This document shows positions 1 through 8,780 of a stretch of 64,000 nucleotides of DNA, piece by piece. The stretch comes from Candidatus Collierbacteria bacterium GW2011_GWB2_45_17. GTDB taxonomy: Bacteria > Patescibacteriota > Microgenomatia > UBA1400 > MFAQ01. The position numbers were made by a program, and so were the translations under genes. Within the stretch, counting starts at the first letter, position 1, and each line of letters starts with the position of its first letter. The DNA is taken from contig LCKO01000001.1 of the NCBI GenBank assembly GCA_001001485.1, forward strand, positions 76,517 to 140,516, written 5' to 3'. Under the pieces are notes generated by a model. That model made no database searches. It was not told the origin of the DNA and saw only the letters and a list, made by a program, of their open reading frames with translations.

Positions 1-1
1 C

Positions 2-1003
2 GTCCGTCAGTCCGCCGAGGATCGAGTCACCGGTTTCCTTCTAAATATCGATAAATATTTCGCCGACAAACCCAGGCCAAAAATAATTCTCACCGGCTGT
101 ATGCTCCATTTTAAGGAAAAGGAAATCATGGCTCTTCTTCCTCAAATAGATGAAATTCTCCCCATTGGTGAAGTAGGTTTCAATCAAAAAGCCATCAGAA
201 AAGATAAAGACAAAGCTTTTATTCCTATTTCCTCCGGCTGCAACTCTTTCTGTACTTTTTGTATCGTGCCTTTTTCCCGCGGACGGGAAAGATCCAGACC
301 ATTGGTAGATATTGTTAAAGAGGTTGAAGACTTGGCGTCTGAAGGTTACACAGAAGTTACCCTCCTAGGCCAAAACGTCAATTCTTGGGGTCTGGAAAAA
401 GTTGGTGTGGCTTTGCGCAAACTCTTTATGGACAAGGAAAACTTTAATGGTGAAACTATTCCTTCAAATCAATCGCAATACTTTAAGCCGCAGGACACTC
501 CACCCTTCGTCACTCTTCTCCGTGCCGTGAGCAAAATTAATGGAATCAAAAAAATCAGCTTTTTCACCAGTAATCCTTGGGACTTTTGGGACGAATTAAT
601 CGATGAAATTGCTGTCAACTCAAAAATTGATCGCTTTATTCATTTACCGGTTCAGTCTGGTAGCAACCGGATATTAAAATTGATGAATCGAGGATACACT
701 CGGGAGTCATATCTCTCTTTAATTAATCAAATTAAAACCAAAATTCCGGACGCGATCTTTGGTACCGACATCATTGTCGGCTTCCCGGGAGAAACGGACG
801 ACGATTTTAACGACTCTCTGTCTTTAATCAAAGACGTCGGCTTCAAGGTGGCTTTTATCGCCAGATACTCTCCCCGCCCCGGTACTGCGTCAGACCGCCT
901 ATTCCCCGATGATGTTTCCGCCAAAGTCAAGAAAGAGCGTTGGGAAATTCTTGATCAAATCGCCAACAAAGACAACCTTAAAACTCGCCCCATCGTCCCC
1001 TAA
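2..1003 (+). CDS. miaB: MiaB-family radical SAM tRNA methylthiotransferase (5'-partial, frame open to window edge)
   Basis: Radical-SAM CxxxCxxC motif 'CNSFCTFCIVP' and 'LLGQNVNSW'. No stop codon lies between nt 2 and the ATG at 101 in this frame. The gene is immediately followed by miaA. Confidence 0.85.
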   Translation, partial: VRQSAEDRVTGFLLNIDKYFADKPRPKIILTGCMLHFKEKEIMALLPQIDEILPIGEVGFNQKAIRKDKDKAFIPISSGCNSFCTFCIVPFSRGRERSRPLVDIVKEVEDLASEGYTEVTLLGQNVNSWGLEKVGVALRKLFMDKENFNGETIPSNQSQYFKPQDTPPFVTLLRAVSKINGIKKISFFTSNPWDFWDELIDEIAVNSKIDRFIHLPVQSGSNRILKLMNRGYTRESYLSLINQIKTKIPDAIFGTDIIVGFPGETDDDFNDSLSLIKDVGFKVAFIARYSPRPGTASDRLFPDDVSAKVKKERWEILDQIANKDNLKTRPIVP

Positions 1004-1004
1004 T

Positions 1005-2015
1005 ATGCCCAAAAAACCAGCAATCCTTGTCATCTGCGGTGCCACAGCCACCGGCAAAACCTCCTTAGCTCTCAAAGTAGCAACGGAAATTATTTCACTT
1101 TCGTCATTGCGAGGAGCGAAGCGACGTGGCTCTCCTGGATACCCCTTGCGGGTAAATCTCACTCCATCAACATCTGTGAACATCCTTTCCGCCGACTCCC
1201 GTCAAATTTATCGTGGTTTGGATATCGTCACCGGCAAAGATCTTCCTCGCGATCTTCCACCGATGATTCGGTTTTTTGGTCTCGACTTGGTCGAACCCAA
1301 TCAGCCCTTCAGCCTTTTAGATTATGTCCGGTATGCCAAAAAAGTTATTCAGGAATCACTAGATAAAGATATTCCCCTCATTATTGTCGGAGGCACCGGT
1401 CTGTATTTAAAAGCCATCACCTCTGATTTGTTAAACGTTCAAGTTCCTCCGAACCAAAGTCTTCGGTTAGAGCTTGAGAAGCTAACACTGGTAGAGCTTC
1501 AAAACCAACTTCAAGAAGTAAATTTCGAAAAATATAAATCATTAAACAATTCCGATATTCACAACCCACGGCGCCTCATCCGCGCTATCGAAATCTCCTC
1601 CGCCAATCCGTCATTGCGAGGAGGTATTCCGACGTGGCAATCTCACTCCACCCCCACATTCCTCTGGGTCGGTCTCCGCCAAGATAAAGAAGCTCAGAGC
1701 GCCAGCATCCGCCAAAGAGTTCTCAAGCGCCTAAACGCTGGAGCGATTGATGAAGTCAAGCAGTTAATCAAGAAATATCCCGAGAGAGACATGGCTCTTT
1801 TTACCAGTCTTGGAGTCAGAGAAATAATTGAATTTCTAAATAAAAAAATCTCACGGGAAGAATTAATTAACCTATGGACCGCCACCGAAAATGACTACGT
1901 TCGGAGACAAATGGTTTGGTTCAAGAAACAACCTGGCATAATTTGGTATGATAGAAACAAGATAAATAAAGATCTGGCCATCAAGCTGGCAGAATTATTC
2001 AAACAAAATGATTAA
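1005..2015 (+). CDS. miaA: tRNA dimethylallyltransferase
   Basis: P-loop 'ICGATATGKTSLA' and 'ILSADSRQIYRGLDIVTGK'. The ATG at 1005 follows the miaB stop (1001-1003). The 909 start in the ORF track overlaps miaB and is unlikely. The gene carries two in-frame repeat insertions. Confidence 0.9.
   Translation: MPKKPAILVICGATATGKTSLALKVATEIISLSSLRGAKRRGSPGYPLRVNLTPSTSVNILSADSRQIYRGLDIVTGKDLPRDLPPMIRFFGLDLVEPNQPFSLLDYVRYAKKVIQESLDKDIPLIIVGGTGLYLKAITSDLLNVQVPPNQSLRLELEKLTLVELQNQLQEVNFEKYKSLNNSDIHNPRRLIRAIEISSANPSLRGGIPTWQSHSTPTFLWVGLRQDKEAQSASIRQRVLKRLNAGAIDEVKQLIKKYPERDMALFTSLGVREIIEFLNKKISREELINLWTATENDYVRRQMVWFKKQPGIIWYDRNKINKDLAIKLAELFKQND
1102..1165 (+). repeat. R1 hairpin repeat, long variant (CGTCATTGCGAGG...GGTAAATCTCACTCC), in-frame inside miaA
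   Basis: Same termini as the copies at 1609, 8720, 15422 and 58688. The internal part matches 58715-58755 (GCTCTCCT[G/A]GATACCC[C]TTGCGGGTAAATCTCACTCC). It translates as 'SLRGAKRRGSPGYPLRVNLTP', lying between the MiaA P-loop helix and the 'SADS' motif. Confidence 0.8.
1609..1649 (+). repeat. R1 hairpin repeat, short variant, in-frame inside miaA
   Basis: Sequence CGTCATTGCGAGGAGGTATTCCGACGTGGCAATCTCACTCC, translating as 'PSLRGGIPTWQSHST'. Confidence 0.8.
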
Positions 2016-3003
2016 AAGAAGACACATAACTTTCGATATCTCCATTGGTAGTATCTTTTGGGTCTTACTTTCTCTGGCGGCAGTCTATGTCTTAGTTCAG
2101 TTGTCGGGGATCATCGTTCTTCTTCTCTGTGCAGCCTTGATTACCTTGGCGGTCTGCCCTTTAGTCGATTGGTTGGATAAGTTCAAAATAAAACGTGGTC
2201 TGTCCGCAATCGTCATTTTATTGTTAATTTTCGGCACAGTTGTCTCTATCGCCATTTATATCGCTACTCCTCTGTTGGAACAAACCCAACTTTTTATCCA
2301 AAAGCTTCCAGGCATCATCGATTCAGTGAGCCCGATCAAGTTTGTTGATGGCTCTTTCAACACCCAGTTTGCAGCCGTTCCCGGTAAAGTTTTAAATTTT
2401 GCCCTGGATACCTTCACTGGATTTATCACCGCCTTCACCGTGATCGTCCTAAGCTATTACATGATTCAAGAGATGCATAATCTTAAAACTTATTTAACCT
2501 TCTGGTTTGGAGAAAAGGGAGACGTTTACAACGCTATCGCTGAAAAACTTGAATTCCAGATTGGTAACTGGGTCAGAGGTCAACTGCTTCTCATGCTTAT
2601 TGTGGGTGTTCTGAGCTATATTGGCTATCTCATAATTGGGCTACCATTTGCCTTACCACTTGCTTTCTTTGCCGGCTTCTTAGAACTCATCCCGAACATT
2701 GGACCCACGATTGCGACCATTCCGGCTGTCTTGGTTGGGTTTTCCATTTCTCCCAATCATGGCATCGCCGCTCTCATCATTTCTCTGATTGTGCAACAGC
2801 TGGAAAATAACTTAATCGTTCCAAAAATCATGCAACAGGTCACCGGACTAAACCCAATTATTACTATTGTCGCTATCATGATCGGTTTTAACCTGGGAGG
2901 CCCCTTGCTCGCCATCCTGGCCTTACCCACAGTCCTCTCTGCTAGGGTTATTCTCAGTCATGTCAGACTCAATAAAGAAACCACCATCCCCGAAATCGAC
3001 TAA
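2008..3003 (+). CDS. AI-2E family transporter (PerM/UPF0118-like permease)
   Basis: Multi-pass membrane protein with 'FLELIPNIGPTIATIPAVL', which is typical of the AI-2E family. Confidence 0.75.
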   Translation: MIKRRHITFDISIGSIFWVLLSLAAVYVLVQLSGIIVLLLCAALITLAVCPLVDWLDKFKIKRGLSAIVILLLIFGTVVSIAIYIATPLLEQTQLFIQKLPGIIDSVSPIKFVDGSFNTQFAAVPGKVLNFALDTFTGFITAFTVIVLSYYMIQEMHNLKTYLTFWFGEKGDVYNAIAEKLEFQIGNWVRGQLLLMLIVGVLSYIGYLIIGLPFALPLAFFAGFLELIPNIGPTIATIPAVLVGFSISPNHGIAALIISLIVQQLENNLIVPKIMQQVTGLNPIITIVAIMIGFNLGGPLLAILALPTVLSARVILSHVRLNKETTIPEID

Positions 3004-3025
3004 ATGGTTAAATTGATTTACAGAG

Positions 3026-3967
3026 ATGGATACTGATTATCGGGAAGTTTCAGATACGATACTCAGAGAATATCCTAATATCCGACCAAAATATTTAATC
3101 ATCTCTAAACAATTCTTTTCTCCAACTGGTCGAGAATATAACACTTTCTTACTTCAAACTACGGATGGTCTATTAGTCGCTAAGGGCATAACCAAACACA
3201 CTAATAGTGTTTCCAAACTGGATACAGAGTGGGTAGCCCTAAAAATACTTAACGGCAAAAACGTTCCCAAATTGATATTTAAAGATCATCGACCGGAGCA
3301 GTATTTACTAATTGAGTTTTTAGAAGGTTTTGGTGCAGCCGATTTATTGACAGAAAACACTAAAATAGAAATTGTTTTTAATTTGATCGGCGATGCACTG
3401 GGAAAGATCCATGGTGTTCCTGTTAATAACTTTGGCAGTCTAGTTGATATACAGCCAGTGATCTGGTCAGAATATATCAAATCAAAATTCTCTGAAAGGA
3501 TGAGTGGTATCAAAAACCTTGTCGACAAAGATCTATTCAAAAAAACGATTTCCATTTTTCACAATCTTGAAGGTTTGTTAGAAAGGGAAAACCACCAACC
3601 ACCGGTAGTTATTCATCGTGACGCCTATTCCGAAAACTTTATTATCGCGAAGGACTTTAGTAAAGCCCTAATGATAGATTTTGCTATGGCGATGGGTGGA
3701 CGGCCCCTTTTTGATGTCGCCAAGTTTTTTACGACAGAGCTGTTTAGGAGGCCTCAGTACCGTGATGACTTCTTAAACTCCTATCAGAGACATATTCCTC
3801 TCGGTACCGACTTTTTCCAAGAATTGACTCTCTACATTCTATTAGAATGCGCCGGTTTCATCGCTTTTAATCATGCTACCAACAACTTCTCGAGCAGAGA
3901 TAGCTGTATCACCACACTCAAAGAAACGGTGGGGAACTTTGGAGTAATGAAATCTTTATTGGAATAA
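3026..3967 (+). CDS. Phosphotransferase-family kinase (APH/choline-kinase fold)
   Basis: Catalytic-loop-like 'VVIHRDAYSENFII' followed by 'MIDF' (HxD...N...D(F) pattern). Confidence 0.6.
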   Translation: MDTDYREVSDTILREYPNIRPKYLIISKQFFSPTGREYNTFLLQTTDGLLVAKGITKHTNSVSKLDTEWVALKILNGKNVPKLIFKDHRPEQYLLIEFLEGFGAADLLTENTKIEIVFNLIGDALGKIHGVPVNNFGSLVDIQPVIWSEYIKSKFSERMSGIKNLVDKDLFKKTISIFHNLEGLLERENHQPPVVIHRDAYSENFIIAKDFSKALMIDFAMAMGGRPLFDVAKFFTTELFRRPQYRDDFLNSYQRHIPLGTDFFQELTLYILLECAGFIAFNHATNNFSSRDSCITTLKETVGNFGVMKSLLE

Positions 3968-3976
3968 CACCTACCT

Positions 3977-4011
3977 GACCCCTTTCGGGGGCCTGCCCCG
4001 ACCCTTTCGGG
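3977..4011. terminator. Two short GC hairpins between convergent genes
   Basis: CCCC-TTTC-GGGG (3979-3990) and GCCCC-N9-GGGGC (3995-4013). They lie between the 3' end of the + strand CDS (stop at 3967) and the 3' end of the - strand rnpB. Confidence 0.45.
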
Positions 4012-4320
4012 GCCTCCAGGTCATAGTAAGCCGGATTCTGTCTAGGAGGAATATCTGTCTATGCTCGAGACTTTAGGGGCGGAAAAAGCACCTTAATCCC
4101 AGATCGTCGATTGCAGCGGGGCGGGTTACCACCCCTATACCGTTACTGGTATAGGGTCCCCGACTAATGCCGGGACGTTTCACCTTTAATCGTCTCTGTG
4201 GCCCTATCGTGCCTCACGAGTTGCCTCGTGAAGAGCCGAGTTTCCCCGGCCACCCTGCTTTTTAGCTGTCCGGACTTTCCTGTCGCCTAAGGCGACCATT
4301 CCCCACCAGATCCTGGAGGC
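4012..4320 (-). ncRNA. rnpB: RNase P RNA, bacterial type A, compact (about 309 nt)
   Basis: The reverse complement contains AGGAAAGTCCGGAC (CR-I), GCAGGGTG, CACAGAGA, AAAGGTGAAACG, GGTAACCCGCC and GACAGAATCCGGCTTA (CR-V). P1 closes the molecule as 5' GCCTCCAGG / 3' CCTGGAGGC. Confidence 0.9.
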
Positions 4321-4376
4321 AAGCTAATTTTACCAGAAATTTGACTTATAGATTAAAGGTATTATGATAAAAGTAT

Positions 4377-5066
4377 ATGCAAACAAATGTCGTTTCTTCC
4401 TTAGAAAACTCCCTCACTTTCGCCGGCAATCAGTTCCTCGTCGGCATCATTAGTATTCTTCCTAGTATCTTTGGTGCCTTGATTTTATTCCTTTTGGGCT
4501 GGATTCTGGCCGATTGGCTTAAGATTCTCACCACCAAAATCGTCAACATCACCAAGCTTGGTTCTCTTTTCAAAAATCCTGCCGTCACCGACTTTCTAAA
4601 AAATGCCCAGGTTTCTCAAAAAATCGAAGTCATCATTGGTGAAGTTGTTAAATGGTTGGTCGTTGCCCTCTTCTTTGTCGCCAGTATCAACATTCTCGGC
4701 ATTACCTCTATCAGCTTTTTCCTAAACAGTATCATCGCCGGTATTCCCACTCTCATCGCCGCCATTATTACTCTAGCTATCGGTGTCGTCGTCGCCGGTT
4801 TTCTGGAAAAAATAATGAAAGGCTCTCTTGGATCATCAGATCCATCTACCTCACGCTTGGTGAGCAAGGTGGTCAGCTATGCCGTCATGACTTTCTTTGT
4901 CTTGTCAGCCCTCTCTCAGCTAGGCATAGCCAGCTTCTTCATTAATACCGTCTTTATTGGCTTTATTTTCGCTCTAGCCCTCGCCCTCGGCATCGGTCTC
5001 GGTCTTGGATCAAAGGATCTCATCAAGACTCTCCTGGAAACCTGGTACAAAAAAATCGAAAAATAA
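4377..5066 (+). CDS. Membrane protein with repeated TM-helix modules (MscS-N-terminal-like 'TM helix' repeats)
   Basis: Four to five hydrophobic helices, repeated 'I..IL..I.GA.I.F..GW' type segments. No catalytic motif was seen. Confidence 0.5.
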   Translation: MQTNVVSSLENSLTFAGNQFLVGIISILPSIFGALILFLLGWILADWLKILTTKIVNITKLGSLFKNPAVTDFLKNAQVSQKIEVIIGEVVKWLVVALFFVASINILGITSISFFLNSIIAGIPTLIAAIITLAIGVVVAGFLEKIMKGSLGSSDPSTSRLVSKVVSYAVMTFFVLSALSQLGIASFFINTVFIGFIFALALALGIGLGLGSKDLIKTLLETWYKKIEK

Positions 5067-5103
5067 TTCGAAAATCTTCCCATCGAGCGAGACGTTGCAA
5101 ACT

Positions 5104-5730
5104 ATGATAGAAAAGAAAGATTCAGCCAGCCAGCTCGAGACATCTCCCGAAAAAAAAGAATTCAGTGGATCCTATGGTTTTGTAATTAAACCAGATTCTA
5201 AAACTCAAAAAAAGGCACAGGCTATAGCTATAAAATTGGCTCCGGGGGCAGAATTCCAAACAACAATTCCTCACATCACTCTTTATCATGGACGAATTGA
5301 ACATCTACCCCTCAGGGTGGTAAAAGAGATTCTCGCAGAATTAAAAGAGCATCGAGGAGAAAGTTTGACGCTTGATTCATTTGAGGTTTATGGAGGCAAC
5401 TTCTTATTTTGGGATATCAAAATGACTAACATTCTTCCCCCTATGCACAAAAAAGCTCTATCGATATCAGCATACCTCGAGAAGGATGGAATCGCGATGG
5501 CACATGATGAGGGATTAAAAATGACGTCAAAAGAATTAGATAACATAATGAGATATGGTCACCCTTTGGTTTTAGAGAGGTACATTCCTCACATTACCTT
5601 GGCTTACGACAGTCATGGTTTAACTCTATCTCCACAACTCCCCTTGGCACCCTGGGGGATAGAAATTGATGACGTGCTTTTCGCTGAAATGGGTAAATAT
5701 GGTGCTGTCGCTCGAATCGTCGATATATAA
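5104..5730 (+). CDS. 2H phosphoesterase superfamily protein (LigT / 2'-5' RNA ligase-like)
   Basis: Two HxT motifs, 'PHITLYH' and 'PHITLAY'. I chose the ATG at 5104 because the 5005 start overlaps the upstream gene. Confidence 0.65.
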   Translation: MIEKKDSASQLETSPEKKEFSGSYGFVIKPDSKTQKKAQAIAIKLAPGAEFQTTIPHITLYHGRIEHLPLRVVKEILAELKEHRGESLTLDSFEVYGGNFLFWDIKMTNILPPMHKKALSISAYLEKDGIAMAHDEGLKMTSKELDNIMRYGHPLVLERYIPHITLAYDSHGLTLSPQLPLAPWGIEIDDVLFAEMGKYGAVARIVDI

Positions 5731-5750
5731 AAATCGAGCGAGATTTTACC

Positions 5751-5790
5751 ACCAAAAAACCCGAGGTCGATTTCTCTAGTCGGGTTTTTT
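5751..5790. terminator. Possible bidirectional terminator
   Basis: An A-run, then CCCGA...TCGGG, then a T-run, lying between convergent genes (5730 and 5804). The stem is short and the loop long. Confidence 0.4.
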
Positions 5791-5803
5791 TGGATCGAAC
5801 CAA

Positions 5804-5944
5804 TTACTTGGCGCCGATTTTAAACATCTTGGTTCCGCATGTTGGACAAACGGATTTAACGGCTGGTTTACCATTTTTCATGGTCACTCTCTCAAATTCA
5901 CTAACTTCTTTTTTGGCTCTACATTTTACACAATAGATCTGCAT
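5804..5944 (-). CDS. Small zinc-ribbon protein (DUF5679-like), 46 aa
   Basis: Hand translation gives MQIYCVKCRAKKEVSEFERVTMKNGKPAVKSVCPTCGTKMFKIGAK, with a CxxC...CxxC pattern. A GAAAGGGGG Shine-Dalgarno-like sequence lies 8-10 nt upstream. The ORF is below the ORF-track length cutoff. Confidence 0.7.
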   Translation of the reverse strand: MQIYCVKCRAKKEVSEFERVTMKNGKPAVKSVCPTCGTKMFKIGAK

Positions 5945-5971
5945 TTACTTGGTTCACCCCCTTTCTTTTGT

Positions 5972-6211
5972 TTAGTGCCTGGACAAATAATTCCAAATAG
6001 CTAACTCCAAGGCTAGCACAAGCATAGTCAGGAGTAAGGTCTTTGTCAAGTCTGCCTTAAAATATTTTTTGTCTGTAGGTGAAGACTCTACCGTTTTAGC
6101 TTTAGATAGCCTTGTCTTTAGTAAGGCTTTATCGATTGTGAATCCCTGTGAAGCCAGCTTCCTCTCGGACGATCTTACCTTAGTTTTCTTTGTTTTTCTT
6201 TGTTTAGCCAT
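5972..6211 (-). CDS. Hypothetical small protein with basic N-terminus and one C-terminal TM helix
   Basis: ORF only; lies upstream of and on the same strand as the DUF5679 gene. Confidence 0.4.
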   Translation of the reverse strand: MAKQRKTKKTKVRSSERKLASQGFTIDKALLKTRLSKAKTVESSPTDKKYFKADLTKTLLLTMLVLALELAIWNYLSRH

Positions 6212-6236
6212 TTTTTATAGTAAAATTAATTAAACT

Positions 6237-6689
6237 ATGGATCCTACCTATTTATTTTATGCCATTTCTGGTCTGTGGCTACTTATTATAACTATTTTGC
6301 TGATTCGTACCATGGTTCATTACAACTCGTTAACCTCAAATGTTTCCAAAAAAGACCTGGTTACTGCCCTAAACCATCTTATTTCCGTCTCTAGTCAAAA
6401 CACGGACGACATCAAGTCTGTTTCGGAAAAATTCCTTAAAGAAACCGTAGAGAATCGGAAACATCTTCAAAGACTCGGTTTTCGTCGCTACAATCCTTTT
6501 ACCGACACCGGAGGCGATCAGAGTTTTTCGGCAGCCTTTCTTGATGATAATGGCGACGGCCTTATGATAAGCTCATTACACAGTCGGGAAAATACTCGGC
6601 TCTACGCTAAACAAGTCGAAAAAGGTCAGGTTACCAGTCAGGCACTTAGTAAAGAAGAACAGGAAGTCATCAAAGAGGCCCTAAAATAA
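6237..6689 (+). CDS. DUF4446 family protein
   Basis: N-terminal TM helix plus 'RLGFRRYNPFTDTGGDQSFSAAFLDDNGDGLMISSLHSRE..RLYAK'. Confidence 0.65.
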   Translation: MDPTYLFYAISGLWLLIITILLIRTMVHYNSLTSNVSKKDLVTALNHLISVSSQNTDDIKSVSEKFLKETVENRKHLQRLGFRRYNPFTDTGGDQSFSAAFLDDNGDGLMISSLHSRENTRLYAKQVEKGQVTSQALSKEEQEVIKEALK

Positions 6690-6704
6690 AATATAATAAA
6701 TTCC

Positions 6705-7904
6705 ATGAAACTAACCCCCAAACTAATCATTTCCCTGGTCATCACCTTTTTTCTTTCTGCCAGCCTGGCTTACGCCATTGTCCCCACGGGAGGTTCCTTA
6801 ATTTCTCCTAAATCCGATACTGCTACGACCAAAAAATCAGCCGGTTTTAGTCAGTTTGCCGGCGAACCAAGCACCGAAGCCTGTCCTTTAAACGGCAAGC
6901 TTTACACCAAATCCGAAAAAATTCTTTGGGAATCCCGTCGACCTATCCTCACCATGATTGAAAATCATGTCGACGCCCGTCCTCAGTCCGGTCTCTCCTA
7001 CGCCGATATCGTTTACGAAGCCGTCGCCGAGGGAGGTATCACCAGATTTATGGGAGTATTTTACTGTGGTGCCCAAGGAGACACTGCCAAAGTCGGACCT
7101 GTTCGGAGCGCCCGAATATACTTTGTGAATCTTGCGGCCGAGTACAACAATCCTATTTATATGCACGTCGGCGGGGGTAACTGTAGTGCTGAACAAGTTG
7201 GCGGACCATGTACTTCAAATAAAAAGGCTTTGGCTTTGGAAGAGCTGGCCAAGATGGGCTGGAGAAAGGCTGGAGGAAATGACTTTGATACTATCTCCGA
7301 TATCGGCTACCCCGTTCTCTTCAGGGACTACAATCGCCTAGGTGATGGTAAAACACTCGCTACCGAACATACCATGGTCGGTTCTCTTCCGGCGGCCTGG
7401 AAAGCAGCTCTTAAACGCGGTTACACCGGCACAGATGACAAAGGCAAGACCTGGTTTTCAGGGTTTAAGCTCTGGAAAATTAGCTCGGAGGGTCTAGTCG
7501 GTCAGCCGGCGACAGACATCAAATACGAGTTTTGGAAAAACTATGCCGACTTTGCTGTTGAATGGAAGTTTGACCAAACTACCAAAGAGTATCTCAGAAA
7601 TCAGGGTGGGGCGCCTCAGATAGACTTGGAAACTTCCAAACAAATTACCACTTCCAATGTCATAGTTCAGTTTACCAAGGAGGAAGGCCCGTTAGATGAT
7701 CACAAGCACATGTTCTACGCCGTCATCGGTGAGGGTACCGGTCTATTCTTCAGCCAGGGTCAGGCAACCGAAATAAAGTGGAAAAAAACCAAACAAACAG
7801 AACGGACTATTTTCATGGATAAATCCGGAAAAGAAATAAGCTTCACTCCAGGCTCAATTTGGATAAGTATTTTACCCATTGGGAACAAAGTGGACTATAA
7901 TTAG
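6705..7904 (+). CDS. DUF3048 domain protein (YerB-like secreted protein or lipoprotein)
   Basis: Signal/TM segment plus 'RPILTMIENHVDARPQSGLSYADIVYEAVAEGGITRFMGVFY'. Confidence 0.7.
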   Translation: MKLTPKLIISLVITFFLSASLAYAIVPTGGSLISPKSDTATTKKSAGFSQFAGEPSTEACPLNGKLYTKSEKILWESRRPILTMIENHVDARPQSGLSYADIVYEAVAEGGITRFMGVFYCGAQGDTAKVGPVRSARIYFVNLAAEYNNPIYMHVGGGNCSAEQVGGPCTSNKKALALEELAKMGWRKAGGNDFDTISDIGYPVLFRDYNRLGDGKTLATEHTMVGSLPAAWKAALKRGYTGTDDKGKTWFSGFKLWKISSEGLVGQPATDIKYEFWKNYADFAVEWKFDQTTKEYLRNQGGAPQIDLETSKQITTSNVIVQFTKEEGPLDDHKHMFYAVIGEGTGLFFSQGQATEIKWKKTKQTERTIFMDKSGKEISFTPGSIWISILPIGNKVDYN

Positions 7905-7907
7905 TCT

Positions 7908-8489
7908 GTGGCGAAACTATCGGACTTAATTATCTCCAAAGTCAGGGTCAAACTCTTGAAAATATTTCTTTCTCAAACGAAAGAAATGTATTATGTTAGA
8001 CAGTTAACCAGAATCACCAAGGAAGAAATCAATGCGGTTCGTCGTGAGCTGGATCATCTTCAAAAGGCCGGTCTTCTCTCCAGTGAAAAGAGAGGCAATC
8101 GTCTTTACTATTCAGTCAAAACCAATTTTCCTCTCTATCCGGAGCTTACCAATCTAGTTATCAAATCTACCGGCTTCGGACGTTTAATCACCAAAAACCG
8201 CAGTAAATTAGGTTTTGTAAAATTTGCCTTCGTCTCTCAAAAACTGGCTCGAGGCTTAAAAAGAGATTCGGAGGAAGTTGATTTAATGATCGTTGGCAAG
8301 ACCATCATGCCTCAGGTTGCTCTTCTGGTCAAGCAGTTAGAAAAAATGCTCGCTACAGAGTTAAACTACTCTTGCATGACGGAAGAGGAGTTCAGCTATC
8401 GCAAGACGCACAAAGATCCATTTATAGTGAAAGTCTTGCTCCAATCCCGCCTCACTTTAATCGGAGACGAAATTCAATTATTAAGTTGA
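7908..8489 (+). CDS. Putative winged-helix transcriptional regulator
   Basis: GTG start. The N-terminal wHTH-like segment is 'YVRQLTRITKEEINAVRRELDHLQKAGLL'. The C-terminal domain is unassigned. Confidence 0.45.
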   Translation: MAKLSDLIISKVRVKLLKIFLSQTKEMYYVRQLTRITKEEINAVRRELDHLQKAGLLSSEKRGNRLYYSVKTNFPLYPELTNLVIKSTGFGRLITKNRSKLGFVKFAFVSQKLARGLKRDSEEVDLMIVGKTIMPQVALLVKQLEKMLATELNYSCMTEEEFSYRKTHKDPFIVKVLLQSRLTLIGDEIQLLS

Positions 8490-8713
8490 TGCCAATTCAA
8501 AAAATTCTCAAAGTTGGAAATTCACTAGGGGTTACTCTTCCTTCAAACTTCGTCAAAAATTTATCTCTCAAGCCTGGAGATTCGGTCGAAGTCACTCAAG
8601 ACATTGGCAACTCTTTAACCTTCTTCTTTATCGACAGTCACCAGCTCAGTTTAGGTCTTAATCAGCCTGTCCGCCATGGAGGGCCTAAAAAAAATACCAA
8701 AAAGCAGATATAA
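8489..8713 (+). CDS. AbrB/MazE/SpoVT-type DNA-binding domain protein
   Basis: 'KVGNSLGVTLPSNFVKNLSLKPGDSVEV' is a swapped-hairpin motif. The ATG overlaps the upstream stop (TGATG). Confidence 0.6.
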   Translation: MPIQKILKVGNSLGVTLPSNFVKNLSLKPGDSVEVTQDIGNSLTFFFIDSHQLSLGLNQPVRHGGPKKNTKKQI

Positions 8714-8719
8714 TTTACA

Positions 8720-8763
8720 CGTCATTGCGAGGTCGCCTCAGGCGACCGTGGCAATCTCACTCC
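8720..8763 (+). repeat. R1 hairpin repeat, intergenic copy
   Basis: Sequence CGTCATTGCGAGGTCGCCTCAGGCGACCGTGGCAATCTCACTCC, with an internal GTCGCC-TCA-GGCGAC hairpin. Confidence 0.8.
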
Positions 8764-8780
8764 ATCAAGTAAAATAATCT

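Noticed and set aside
909-1004. Upstream start of miaA at 909, and the many 60-110-aa antisense or out-of-frame ORFs in the track inside long genes (for example 727..930, 899..1183, 4616..4867, 4652..4945, 42114..42452, 42885..43415, 53306..53617)
   Set aside because: Each is fully nested in or antisense to a motif-supported CDS, has skewed low-complexity composition and has no recognisable domain.
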